DNA of 32,000 nucleotides from Delftia acidovorans NBRC 14950 (lineage in GTDB: Bacteria > Pseudomonadota > Gammaproteobacteria > Burkholderiales > Burkholderiaceae_C). The stretch is from assembly GCF_001598795.1 (NCBI RefSeq), contig NZ_BCZP01000014.1:120001-152000 (forward strand), written 5' to 3'. The position numbers were made by a program, and so were the translations under genes. Shown here piece by piece: positions 11,533 to 20,325 of the stretch (the stretch's first letter is position 1; every line of letters starts with the position of its first letter). A model generated the notes under the pieces. The model searched no databases. It was not told where the DNA came from and saw only the letters and a program-made list of their open reading frames with translations.

Positions 11533-12456
11533 ATGCTCCAACAACGCACCATCAAGACGATCACCCGTGCCGTTGGCGTGGGCCTGCACAGCGGCCAGCG
11601 CGTCGAATTGACGCTGCGACCCGCGCAGCCCGACACCGGCATCGTGTTCCGTCGCGTGGACCTGCCGGAGCCTGTGGACATCCCGATCTCGGCCGAAGCC
11701 GTCACCGACACGCGCATGGCCTCCACCATCGGCACCGGCGGCGCCAAGGTGCATACCGTGGAGCACCTGATGTCGGCCATTGCCGGCCTCGGGCTCGACA
11801 ACATCTATATAGACATCACCGCCGAGGAAGTGCCCATCCTCGACGGCTCCTCAGCCTCCTTCGTGTTCCTGCTGCAAAGCGCGGGCATCGAGCTGCAAAA
11901 GGCTCCCAAGCGCTTCATCCGCGTCATCCGCCCCGTCGAGGTGCGCGAGGGCGAGGGCCAGAACCTCAAGTGGGCACGCTTCGACCCCTACCACGGCTTC
12001 AAGCTGCGCTTCGAGATCGACTTCGCCCATCCGGCCGTGGACTCCACGGGCCAGTGCGTGGAGTTCGACATGGGCGAGGACAACTACACGCGCGACATCG
12101 CACGCGCGCGCACCTTCGGCTTCACCAAGGACGTGGAAATGCTGCGCAGCCATGGCCTGGCGCTGGGCGGCGGCATGGACAACGCCATCGTCATGGACGA
12201 CTACAAGGTGCTCAACAGCGACGGCCTGCGCTACGACGACGAGTTCGCCAAGCACAAGATCCTCGACGCCATCGGCGACCTGTACCTGATCGGCAGGCCG
12301 CTGCTGGCCGCCTACAGCGCCTTCCGCTCGGGCCACGGCATGAACAACCAGTTGCTGCGTGCCCTGCTGGCCCAGCCCGACGCCTGGGAACTGGTCAGCT
12401 TCGACAGCGAGCGCCAGGCACCCAAGGGCTTCGCCCAGCCCGCGCGGGCCTGGTGA
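11533..12456 (+). CDS. lpxC: UDP-3-O-acyl-N-acetylglucosamine deacetylase
   Basis: MLQQRTIK N-terminus, with [22 protein letters not shown] and [12 protein letters not shown]. It lies after ftsZ, as in most proteobacteria. Confidence 0.95.
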   Translation: MLQQRTIKTITRAVGVGLHSGQRVELTLRPAQPDTGIVFRRVDLPEPVDIPISAEAVTDTRMASTIGTGGAKVHTVEHLMSAIAGLGLDNIYIDITAEEVPILDGSSASFVFLLQSAGIELQKAPKRFIRVIRPVEVREGEGQNLKWARFDPYHGFKLRFEIDFAHPAVDSTGQCVEFDMGEDNYTRDIARARTFGFTKDVEMLRSHGLALGGGMDNAIVMDDYKVLNSDGLRYDDEFAKHKILDAIGDLYLIGRPLLAAYSAFRSGHGMNNQLLRALLAQPDAWELVSFDSERQAPKGFAQPARAW

Positions 12457-12469
12457 GGCGAGCGCCGCC

Positions 12470-12646
12470 ATGCTGATCTTCCGCTGGCTGGCCACCCTGC
12501 TGCTGCTGGCCTCGGCCGTCTCCTTCGCGTTCTACCTGGGCACGGGCCTGCCGCACTACAAGCGCTGGGGCTTCATCATCCTCAAGTGGACCGTGATTGC
12601 CGGCGTGACCTTCTTCGCCGTTCTGTTCTTCGGCCGCATCGTCTGA
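12470..12646 (+). CDS. small (58 aa) predicted two-TM membrane protein, function unknown
   Basis: ATG 12470 lies 13 nt after the lpxC stop. The product is MLIFRWLATLLLLASAVSFAFYLGTGLPHYKRWGFIILKWTVIAGVTFFAVLFFGRIV, with two hydrophobic stretches separated by a basic loop. I recognise no family. Confidence 0.5.
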   Translation: MLIFRWLATLLLLASAVSFAFYLGTGLPHYKRWGFIILKWTVIAGVTFFAVLFFGRIV

Positions 12647-12786
12647 GGGCAGCTCTGACTCGCATCCCATCCAACGCAATTGCGATAGCGAGATCGAGAC
12701 CATGGCGCTTGCGGGGGGCGCGCTCAGGCGAGAGACAGCAAGCAAGGGCCGCCCCGCAGCTAGGCTGTCGTCCCCCTCAGGGGGAG

Positions 12787-13335
12787 TCAATACACCCTGC
12801 CGCCCTTGTAGACCGCATGCTGGCGGCGCTGCAGCTGCGTGACCTCGGCCATCTTCGACATGGCGGCGCCCGCATGGGCGTGGGTGATGGCCAGGCCCAG
12901 GGCGTCGGCTGCGTCAGTGCCGGGCAGGCCGGGCAGTTGCAGCAGGCGGCGCACCATTTCCTGGATCTGGCTCTTGGCCGCGCGGCCGTGGCCTGTCATG
13001 GCCTTTTTCATCTGCAGTGCCGTGTATTCGGCGACCGGCAGGCCTGCATTGACCAGGGCCGTGAGCGCGGCGCCGCGCGCCTGGCCCAGCAGCAGCGTGG
13101 ACTGGGGGTTGACGTTGACGAAGACGATTTCCACGGCCGAGGTGTCGGGCTGGTAGCGGCTGGCGACTTCCGAGATGCCGTCGAACAGCAGCTTGAGCCG
13201 GCCCGGCAGGTCGCCGAGCGCGATGCCGGTGGTACGGATGGTGCCGCTGGCCACATAGGCCAGGCGGTGGCCGTCGACGTCGATCACGCCGAATCCCGTG
13301 GTCTGTAGCCCGGGGTCGATTCCAAGAATGCGCAT
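12787..13335 (-). CDS. ruvC: crossover junction endodeoxyribonuclease RuvC
   Basis: The true start is [19 protein letters not shown] (ATG at 13335). The track ORF extends spuriously upstream to 13803. The 182-aa size and the [11 protein letters not shown] motif fit RuvC. Confidence 0.93.
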   Translation of the reverse strand: MRILGIDPGLQTTGFGVIDVDGHRLAYVASGTIRTTGIALGDLPGRLKLLFDGISEVASRYQPDTSAVEIVFVNVNPQSTLLLGQARGAALTALVNAGLPVAEYTALQMKKAMTGHGRAAKSQIQEMVRRLLQLPGLPGTDAADALGLAITHAHAGAAMSKMAEVTQLQRRQHAVYKGGRVY

Positions 13336-13352
13336 GGCGTGACTGTAGCCGT

Positions 13353-14069
13353 TCAGGGGATGACGGCGCTGGGCATTCTTTGCATGACCGTGCGCGTGCG
13401 CTGCAGCAGATAGCCGGAGTTGGGCAGCTTCTCGAAGCGCTTGGGCTGGGGCAGCATCACGGCCAGGCGTGCGGCCTCGGCCGCGCTGAGCTGGGAGGCG
13501 CTCTTGCGGAAGTAGTGGTGGGCTGCAGCCTCCGCGCCAAACACGCCCTGGCCCCATTCCACGCTGTTGAGGTAGATCTCCAGGATGCGCTGCTTGCTCA
13601 GCATCAGTTCCAGCAGCTGGGTCAGCACCAGTTCCTGGCCCTTGCGCAGCAGGCTGCGTTCGCCCGACAGCAGCAGGTTCTTGGCCAGCTGCTGGGTGAT
13701 GGTGGAGCCGCCGTAGATCTTGGGCGCCTTGCCGTTGTCTGCCTTCTGGGCACGGGCTTCGGCGCGCTGGTTGCGCTGCCAGGCCTTCTCGATGGCCTCC
13801 CATTGCACCCCGTGGTGTTCGGTGAAGCTATCATCTTCGGAGGCGATGACGGCGCGCTTGAGCGTGGGCGCGATGCGGTCGTAGGGCAGCCATTGCTGGC
13901 TCCAGTGCAGGCCTTCGGAGCTGCGCAGCATCTGCCAGGCCTCGGAGCGCTGAAAGGCCGTGGATTCAGGATCGACCACCACCATCAGCGCAATGCGCAG
14001 CACAAAGAACAGCTGCAGCAGCAGGCCGGCGCACAGCACCAGCAGCAGGGCGCGTGCCAGGGATTTCAT
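13353..14069 (-). CDS. mtgA: monofunctional biosynthetic peptidoglycan transglycosylase (GT51)
   Basis: N-terminal TM segment, then [25 protein letters not shown] and [13 protein letters not shown]. The start is either ATG 14069 (preferred, 7 nt after the aroE stop) or TTG 14093. Confidence 0.9.
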   Translation of the reverse strand: MKSLARALLLVLCAGLLLQLFFVLRIALMVVVDPESTAFQRSEAWQMLRSSEGLHWSQQWLPYDRIAPTLKRAVIASEDDSFTEHHGVQWEAIEKAWQRNQRAEARAQKADNGKAPKIYGGSTITQQLAKNLLLSGERSLLRKGQELVLTQLLELMLSKQRILEIYLNSVEWGQGVFGAEAAAHHYFRKSASQLSAAEAARLAVMLPQPKRFEKLPNSGYLLQRTRTVMQRMPSAVIP

Positions 14070-14076
14070 AAAGCGC

Positions 14077-14934
14077 TCAGCCGCCTTGAGCAATATGGGC
14101 GCGCAGCTCGTTCAGCACCTGGGCCGACGGGGGGCGCACGCCGCGCCACAGCGCGAACGATTCGGCGGCCTGCTCCACCAGCATGCCCAGCCCGTCGCGG
14201 GCCTGGGCGCCATGGTGCTCGGCCCATTGCAGGAAGCCCTGGGCTGCGGCGCCGTACATCATGTCGTAGGCCAGGCTGCCAGGCCGCAGCACGCGGGCCG
14301 GCACGGGCACCTCGGCACCGGCCAGGCTGCTGGCGGTGGCGTTGATGACCACGTCGAAATCCTCATCCACGGCCTGCTGCTCCAGCGCCACCAGTTCCAC
14401 GCCATGGTGCGCGGCGATGGCGGCATGGCGCTGCACCAGGGCCTGGGCGCGCTCGAAGGTGCGGTTGACCACGGCGATGCGGCGCGGGCGCTCGGCAAGC
14501 AGCGAGCCCAGTGCGCCGGCTGCGGCGCCACCCGCGCCCAGCAGCAGCAGGTCGCGCCCGGCCAGCGGCACGCCCGCATTGCGCACGATGTCGGCCACCA
14601 GGCCCAGGCCGTCGGTGTTGTCGGCATGGATGCCGTCCGCCGCCAGCACCAGGGTGTTGGCGGCGCCGGCCAGTTGCACGCGCTCGCTGGAGGTGGTGGC
14701 CAGCTGTGCGGCTTCCAGCTTGAAGGGCACGGTGACATTGCAGCCGCGTCCGCCTGCCGCGACGAAGCCGCGCACAGCCTCGGCAAAGCCTTGCAGCTCC
14801 ACATGCTGGCGCTCGTAGTGCAGGTCCTGCCCGCACAGTTCGGCAAAGCGGGCATGGATCCAGGGCGAACGGCTGTGCGCGACGGGGTTGCCCATGACGC
14901 AGTAGCGGTCGGATGAGGTGGCGGCGGAAGTCAT
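14077..14934 (-). CDS. aroE: shikimate dehydrogenase
   Basis: Motifs GNPVAHSRSPWIH, NVTVPFK and LLLGAGGAAAG (NADP site). The length of 285 aa fits. Confidence 0.93.
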   Translation of the reverse strand: MTSAATSSDRYCVMGNPVAHSRSPWIHARFAELCGQDLHYERQHVELQGFAEAVRGFVAAGGRGCNVTVPFKLEAAQLATTSSERVQLAGAANTLVLAADGIHADNTDGLGLVADIVRNAGVPLAGRDLLLLGAGGAAAGALGSLLAERPRRIAVVNRTFERAQALVQRHAAIAAHHGVELVALEQQAVDEDFDVVINATASSLAGAEVPVPARVLRPGSLAYDMMYGAAAQGFLQWAEHHGAQARDGLGMLVEQAAESFALWRGVRPPSAQVLNELRAHIAQGG

Positions 14935-14972
14935 GTCGGAAAAGGAGGGTGCGCGAAGAGAGGAGGAGGGCG

Positions 14973-15836
14973 CTACTGCACGGTCGTCTGCAGCGTCTGC
15001 TCGCGGGTGAACTTGAAGCGCGAGACCACGGCGATCTGGTCGGCCTTGGCGCGCATGGCGGGGCCGAAATGGCCGAAGGGGCCGGCCGCACGCGCAATGG
15101 CCTCGGCGCGGGTGTCCAGCAGGCGGTTGCCCGAGCCCTGCACGATCTCGGTGGACAGCACGCGGCCGTCGTGGTTGACGGTGAGGATCATGACCAGCTC
15201 GCCGTAGAGCTTCTTGCCGGCCTGCTCGGGGAAGTTTTCCGTGCCCTTGTCCTCGACCTTGCGGCGCAGGCCGTCGTAGTAGATGGCGTAGACGGCCTCG
15301 CGCGTGGACGGGCTGATATAGCGCTTCTTGGGGCGGGCGTTTTCCTCGTTGATGCGCTTTTCGATCTCGGCCAGCAGCTTGACCAGCTGCTGGCGCTTTT
15401 CCTGCTGGGCCTGCTGCTCCTTGGTCTGCTTGGCCGCCTCGCGCGGGTCCAGCGGCGGCAGGGCCGCGACCTGCTTGCGCAACTGCGTCAGCAAGACGGT
15501 CTGCTGCTCCTGCATGGAGTCGATCTGGCGCTGGCGTTCCTCGAAGTCGTCGCCCACGGCCGTGAGTGCCGAGTAGGGCATGGGGCTGGAGGCCCGGCCC
15601 TTGTCGGCCTCGCCGCCTCCGGCCAGCGAGGTCTGCGCTATGGCCTGCGCCTTGTCGGGCTGCTCGTTGGCGCGGGCATTGACCAGGATGACTTCCAGCG
15701 GCGTGTCCTGGAACACGCGGTCGAAGCGCTCCGGGTCGATGAACCGGAACGAGAACAACCCGGCATGCAGGGCGATGGAAACGCCCAGTGCCAACTGCAG
15801 CGTGCTCAGGGAACGGAGGGCGGTAGGCAGTTTCAC
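14973..15836 (-). CDS. TonB C-terminal-domain protein (energy transducer TonB family)
   Basis: GTG start, N-terminal TM segment (LSTLQLALGVSIALHAGLF), a long Q/E/K-rich coiled region, and a C-terminal TonB-like fold (YGELVMILTVNHDGRVLSTEIVQGSGNRLLDTRAEAI). Confidence 0.6.
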   Translation of the reverse strand: MKLPTALRSLSTLQLALGVSIALHAGLFSFRFIDPERFDRVFQDTPLEVILVNARANEQPDKAQAIAQTSLAGGGEADKGRASSPMPYSALTAVGDDFEERQRQIDSMQEQQTVLLTQLRKQVAALPPLDPREAAKQTKEQQAQQEKRQQLVKLLAEIEKRINEENARPKKRYISPSTREAVYAIYYDGLRRKVEDKGTENFPEQAGKKLYGELVMILTVNHDGRVLSTEIVQGSGNRLLDTRAEAIARAAGPFGHFGPAMRAKADQIAVVSRFKFTREQTLQTTVQ

Positions 15837-15872
15837 GTCAGATCTGGGGCAGTTGCTCGGATGTGAGGCAGG

Positions 15873-17951
15873 TCAGGGCTGGGCGGGGTCGGCCGCCGGT
15901 GTGCCATCGGTCTCGTTCATGTCCACGGCGATGGCGATGGGGCCGGCCACGGCTTCCTCGTCATCCTCGGCGCTGTCTTCGTTGCCGTCGGCAGCGGCCG
16001 CCGCATCGCCATCCAGGCGCTCGATCAGCGTGCCCGAGACATCGAGCGCGATCTCGTCGATCTCGCCCAGGCGCACGCGCACATGGGCGCCGCGCGGCAG
16101 GCCGGTGACGCCCAGCACGGGGAAGACCAGGGGCAGGTCATCGGCGCGCACCAGCAGGCCGCCGCCCATGCCTTCCTTGATGACGGTGGCCGTCAGCTCG
16201 GTGATGGCGTGCTGCTGCAGGTACTTGAGCGTCCAGAACCGTTCCATGCCGGCCTGGTAGCCGTTGTAGGCGCTGTAGGCACCGTCGAAGCTGCTGATGA
16301 TGCCGAACAGCTCGGCATCCTTGGGCTTGAACGGCGCGGCCAGGGCGGCGGTCTTGCCGTGGCGCGCGCAGGCAATGATCTGCCACTGGTTGACCAGGTC
16401 CACGTAGCGGCGCAGCGGCGAGGTGGCCCAGGCATAGCTCTTGACGCCGATGCCTGCATGGGGCTGCGCCTTGGTGGACATGCGCACCTTGATGCCGGGC
16501 GCCAGGCTGGCCTGGCTGCGGTAGATGCCGGGCACGCCGAGCTCGGCCATCCAGCCGCCCCAGGTGCTGTTGGCCACGATGGCGGCCTCGGCCACGATCA
16601 GGTCCAGCGGCGCGCCGCGCTTGCGCACGCTGATCTCCACCTGCTCGTTGCCGCGGGGCTCGGCGCCGCCGTTGCCCACGAGGCGGAAGTTGTAGTCGGG
16701 GCGGTTGAAGTTCTCGGGCTTGCCGCGCACCAGTTCGCGCCCGGCCTTCAGGTGCTTGGCCCAGCGCTGCAGGAACGTCAGTTCGGCGCGCTTGCCTTGC
16801 AGCACTTCGGGCGTGCCCTCGACCTCGAAGGAGGGGTCGGCCAGCCACTGCTCGGTGACGATGTGGTCCAGCTTGTCATGGCGGAAGTTGACCTGCACGG
16901 GCACGCGCTCCAGGCGCGTCTCGCTGGCCGTGGTCTCCAGCGTGGCCTCGTCCACGGTGACGTACAGCGATACGGCGGGGTTGGCGCGGCCTTCGTCCAG
17001 CGTGTAGATCTGCACCACCTCGTCGGGCAGCATGGTGATCTTGTAGCCGGGCATGTAGACGGTGGACAGGCGCGAGCGGCCGAGCTGGTCCAGCGGCGTG
17101 CCCGGCACGATGGCCAGACCGGGCGCGGCAATGTGGATACCCACGGTGACCGTGCCCGTGCCCAGGCCGCGCACCGACAGCGCATCGTCGATTTCGGTGG
17201 TGGCCGAGTCATCGATGGAAAACGCCTGGACCTCGGCCAGCGGCAGGTCGGCCGGTGGCTGGGGTGCCTGCAGGGCCGGGAACTGCGTGCCCTTGGGGAA
17301 GTGGTCGAACAGGAAGCGCTTCCAGTGGAACTCGTAGGCCGATTCAATGGCGCCGGCCCTGTGCAGCAGGTCCAGCGGGGCCAGGCGCGTGGCGCGGCTG
17401 GCCTCGACCACGGCCTTGTATTCGGCGGCGTTCTTGTCGGGGCGGAACAGGATCTTGTAGAGCTGCTCGCGGATGGGGCCGGGGCATTCGCCGGCGCCCA
17501 GCTGTTCGGCCCAGGCCGTGATCTGGGCCTGGATCTGCTTTTTCTTCTCTATGCCGGCCAGCGCCTGCTGCAGGATCTCGGCCGGCGCCTTCTTGAAGCG
17601 GCCCTTGCCGGAGCGGCGGAAGTAGTGCGGTGCGTCGTAGAGGCGGAACAGCGCGCCGGCCTGCTCGGCCAGCGTGGCCTTGTCCGAGAAATAGTCGCGT
17701 GCAAGGTCGGCAAAGCCGAATTCCTCCTCGGGGGCGAATTCCCAGGCCAGGTCCAGATCGATCTGGGCGGCCTGCGCCTGTGCCTGGGCGATCAGTTCGG
17801 CAGGCGCCGGCTTGTCGAACTTGAGCAGGATGTTGGCCGACTTGACCTTGACCCGTTTGCCCGAGTCCAGCTCCACCTGGGCGGAGGTGTCGGCTTCGGA
17901 GAGGATGCGGCCGGCCAGGAACTTGCCGGATTCTTCAAACAATGCGTGCAT
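15873..17951 (-). CDS. rnb: RNB-domain 3'-5' exoribonuclease (RNase II family)
   Basis: I prefer ATG 17951 (MHALFEESGKF) because GGGAGAA lies upstream. RNB catalytic region SIDDSATTEIDDALS, RAIGxx-type motifs, and an acidic C-terminal tail. Confidence 0.85.
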   Translation of the reverse strand: MHALFEESGKFLAGRILSEADTSAQVELDSGKRVKVKSANILLKFDKPAPAELIAQAQAQAAQIDLDLAWEFAPEEEFGFADLARDYFSDKATLAEQAGALFRLYDAPHYFRRSGKGRFKKAPAEILQQALAGIEKKKQIQAQITAWAEQLGAGECPGPIREQLYKILFRPDKNAAEYKAVVEASRATRLAPLDLLHRAGAIESAYEFHWKRFLFDHFPKGTQFPALQAPQPPADLPLAEVQAFSIDDSATTEIDDALSVRGLGTGTVTVGIHIAAPGLAIVPGTPLDQLGRSRLSTVYMPGYKITMLPDEVVQIYTLDEGRANPAVSLYVTVDEATLETTASETRLERVPVQVNFRHDKLDHIVTEQWLADPSFEVEGTPEVLQGKRAELTFLQRWAKHLKAGRELVRGKPENFNRPDYNFRLVGNGGAEPRGNEQVEISVRKRGAPLDLIVAEAAIVANSTWGGWMAELGVPGIYRSQASLAPGIKVRMSTKAQPHAGIGVKSYAWATSPLRRYVDLVNQWQIIACARHGKTAALAAPFKPKDAELFGIISSFDGAYSAYNGYQAGMERFWTLKYLQQHAITELTATVIKEGMGGGLLVRADDLPLVFPVLGVTGLPRGAHVRVRLGEIDEIALDVSGTLIERLDGDAAAAADGNEDSAEDDEEAVAGPIAIAVDMNETDGTPAADPAQP

Positions 17952-18006
17952 AGCCCGACATTCTCCCATGCTGCGGCTGGCAGCTGCCGCGCAGTCTTGC
18001 GCGGCA

Positions 18007-18591
18007 TCAGGCCAGATTCAGGAACTCGTCCAGCTGAGGCAAGTACTCCTCGAAGTTGCTCAGCGCGTGATCGCCGCCCTCCTGGATGATCTGCAGTGCA
18101 TGCGGATAGCGTGCGCTCATCTCGCGCCAGTCCAGCACCTCGTCGCCCTCGGCCGCCAGCAGCATTTCGGGGGCGGCCGGTGTCATATGGCGCGTGTCCA
18201 GCGCGCGCAGCTCCTCGATGTATTCGCGGCGGAAGAAGAAACGCTCCTCCGGGTTGTGCCAGGAAGTCTGCTCGCCGATGTACTTTTCAAGATCGCGCGC
18301 CGGGTTGACGGCCGGGTTGATCATCACGCTGCGGCAGCGCGCCAGCTGGGCCACCCAGCTGGCGTAGTAGCCGCCCAGCGAGGAGCCGATCACGGCCATG
18401 GTCTCGCGCGGCCAGCTGCCGATGCCATCGGCAATCAGGGCAGCCGCTTCGCGCGGGGAAGGGGGCAGTTGTGGGCTCCACCAGCGCACATGGGGATGGC
18501 GCGTGGCCACATGCTCGGCCAGGCGCCGGGCCTTGTTGGATTGGGGAGAGGAGCGAAAGCCGTGCAGGTACAGCAAATGGGTGGTGGTCAT
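18007..18591 (-). CDS. yqiA: YqiA-family alpha/beta esterase
   Basis: Start MTTTHLLYLHGFRSSPQS at 18591, with AAGGAGA upstream. The track's 18765 start is an upstream extension. Motifs GSSLGGYY (nucleophile elbow) and GDEVLDWRE, with close resemblance to E. coli YqiA over its full length. Confidence 0.85.
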   Translation of the reverse strand: MTTTHLLYLHGFRSSPQSNKARRLAEHVATRHPHVRWWSPQLPPSPREAAALIADGIGSWPRETMAVIGSSLGGYYASWVAQLARCRSVMINPAVNPARDLEKYIGEQTSWHNPEERFFFRREYIEELRALDTRHMTPAAPEMLLAAEGDEVLDWREMSARYPHALQIIQEGGDHALSNFEEYLPQLDEFLNLA

Positions 18592-18803
18592 GGCGGGCGC
18601 TCTCCTTTGCGTTGCTGGGGCCGGGCGCGGGATGCGGCCCGGACGGCTCATGGCCCATTGTGGCCGCTGCGGCAGGCGGCGCCCAGCAGGGAAGGCCCGG
18701 GCCGACAGCTGGATGACAACCGCCTCCGTGGGCAACCCTGCGCCGGGCTGGGCCGCATGCGCCACGGGATAATGGCGGCCCGTGCCCGCGACCGACCATC
18801 CCC

Positions 18804-19973
18804 GTGACCGAATTCGACAAGCCCTCCCTCTGGCAACGTGTTGCCCCGCTGCTGCGGGGCTTTGACTTCTGGTTGCTGCTGTTCGTGGGCATGCTGGCGT
18901 CGGCGGGGCTGATCGCCATGTACTCCTCGGGCTTCGACCACGGCACGCGCTTCACCGACCATGGGCGCAACATGCTGATCGCGGCGGCCATCCTCTTTGT
19001 CGTGGCCCAGATTCCCCCGCAGCAGCTCATGAAGGTGGCCGTGCCGCTGTACATGCTGGGCGTGGCGTTGCTGGTGGCGGTGGCGCTGTTCGGCATCACC
19101 AAGAAGGGGGCGCAGCGCTGGGTCAACGTGGGTGTGGTGATCCAGCCCAGCGAACTGCTGAAGATCGCCACGCCGCTGATGCTGGCCTGGTGGTTTCAGC
19201 GCCGCGAGGGCCAGCTGCGCGGCACGGACTTCGTGATCGCCATGGTCCTGCTCCTGGTGCCCGTGGGGCTGATCATGAAGCAGCCCGACCTGGGCACCTC
19301 GCTGCTGGTGATGGCCGCAGGCCTGTCCGTGATCTTTTTCGCGGGCCTGCCCTGGAAACTCATCGTGCCGCCCGTGCTGGCCGGCGCCATCGGCATCACG
19401 CTTATCGTGCTGTACGAGCCCCAGCTATGCGCCGACGGCGTGCGCTGGCCCGTGCTGCATGAATACCAGCAAACCCGTGTCTGCACCCTGCTGGACCCCA
19501 CGCGCGATCCGCTGGGCAAGGGATTCCACATCATCCAGGGGATGATCGCCATCGGTTCGGGCGGCGTCTGGGGCAAGGGCTTCATGGCGGGCACCCAGAC
19601 CCACCTGGAGTTCATCCCCGAGCGCACGACCGACTTCATCTTCGCGGCCTATTCCGAGGAGTTCGGATTGGTCGGCAACCTGTTCATCATCGTCTCCTTC
19701 CTGCTGCTGGTCTGGCGCGGGCTGGCCATCGCCATCCAGGCCAACTCGCTGTTCGCGCGGCTCATGGCGGCAGCCGTGGCCATGATCTTCTTCACCTATG
19801 CCTTCGTGAACATGGGCATGGTCAGCGGCATCCTGCCCGTGGTCGGCGTGCCGCTGCCCTTCATCAGCTATGGCGGCACGGCCATGGTCACGCTGGGGCT
19901 GGCGCTGGGCGTGCTGATGTCGGTGGCGCGCTCGCAGCGGCAGCTGCCGGGCGAGGGCGGCGGGCCGCTCTGA
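18804..19973 (+). CDS. rodA: SEDS-family elongasome peptidoglycan polymerase RodA
   Basis: GTG start. Motifs TDFIFAAYSEEFGLVGN and NMGMVSGILPVVGVPLPFISYGGTA, the RodA-type signature. Confidence 0.9.
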   Translation: MTEFDKPSLWQRVAPLLRGFDFWLLLFVGMLASAGLIAMYSSGFDHGTRFTDHGRNMLIAAAILFVVAQIPPQQLMKVAVPLYMLGVALLVAVALFGITKKGAQRWVNVGVVIQPSELLKIATPLMLAWWFQRREGQLRGTDFVIAMVLLLVPVGLIMKQPDLGTSLLVMAAGLSVIFFAGLPWKLIVPPVLAGAIGITLIVLYEPQLCADGVRWPVLHEYQQTRVCTLLDPTRDPLGKGFHIIQGMIAIGSGGVWGKGFMAGTQTHLEFIPERTTDFIFAAYSEEFGLVGNLFIIVSFLLLVWRGLAIAIQANSLFARLMAAAVAMIFFTYAFVNMGMVSGILPVVGVPLPFISYGGTAMVTLGLALGVLMSVARSQRQLPGEGGGPL

Positions 19974-19980
19974 ATCGCAC

Positions 19981-20006
19981 TTTGCGGCGCCAAAGGTGCC
20001 CGCAAA
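19981..20006 (+). other. stem-loop 8 nt after the rodA stop
   Basis: TTTGCGGCGCC-AAA-GGTGCCCGCAAA gives 11 bp with one bulge and one G-T pair. No T tract follows. Confidence 0.3.
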
Positions 20007-20213
20007 TGTCAAAGAGTCTGGATGCCTGCGGTATCGGGCGTCGCATTCCTTCCTGCGATTTGGCTTGGAAAATGAGACGCCAAAAGCGCTGGTTGCTCCT
20101 TTTTTGATAGCTTCTGCGGGAGTCTGCTCACTTGCCACCGCCGCCAGGGCAGGCTACAAAGCAGGTGCGGACATGGGCCAGCATGTTCGCCATCCACGCG
20201 GATGCATGCCTAC

Positions 20214-20256
20214 GGAATGCCGCTCAGCCTGGTGGAGCGGCATTCCGTTCTTTTTT
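20214..20256 (+). terminator. strong Rho-independent terminator with no annotated gene ending at it
   Basis: A perfect 12-bp stem GGAATGCCGCTC / GAGCGGCATTCC with a 9-nt loop, followed by GTTCTTTTTT. It lies 241 nt after the rodA stop and 70 nt before the tldD start. Confidence 0.8.
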
Positions 20257-20325
20257 GTGGGTTGGCAAGCCGCTGGCCGCAGCCGTTGCACGGCGAGGGC
20301 ATGGCCGGCTCTCTACAATGCGTGA

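Noticed and set aside
12647-12786. Perfect 10-bp palindrome CGCAATTGCG (12675-12684) and a GC hairpin in the convergent spacer between the small membrane ORF and ruvC. Also the recurring 8-mer GATAGCGA (near 4403, 11471, 12686).
   Set aside because: Short palindromes and 8-mers recur by chance. The spacer is most simply a convergent transcription-termination zone. There is no flanking repeat structure suggesting a REP or MITE element.
19996-20325. 109-aa + strand ORF filling the rodA-tldD spacer.
   Set aside because: It has a GTG start without an RBS and a Cys/Arg/Trp-rich composition atypical of the real proteins here. It also reads straight through a perfect 12-bp terminator hairpin and its T tract. 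It is more likely non-coding RNA or UTR.
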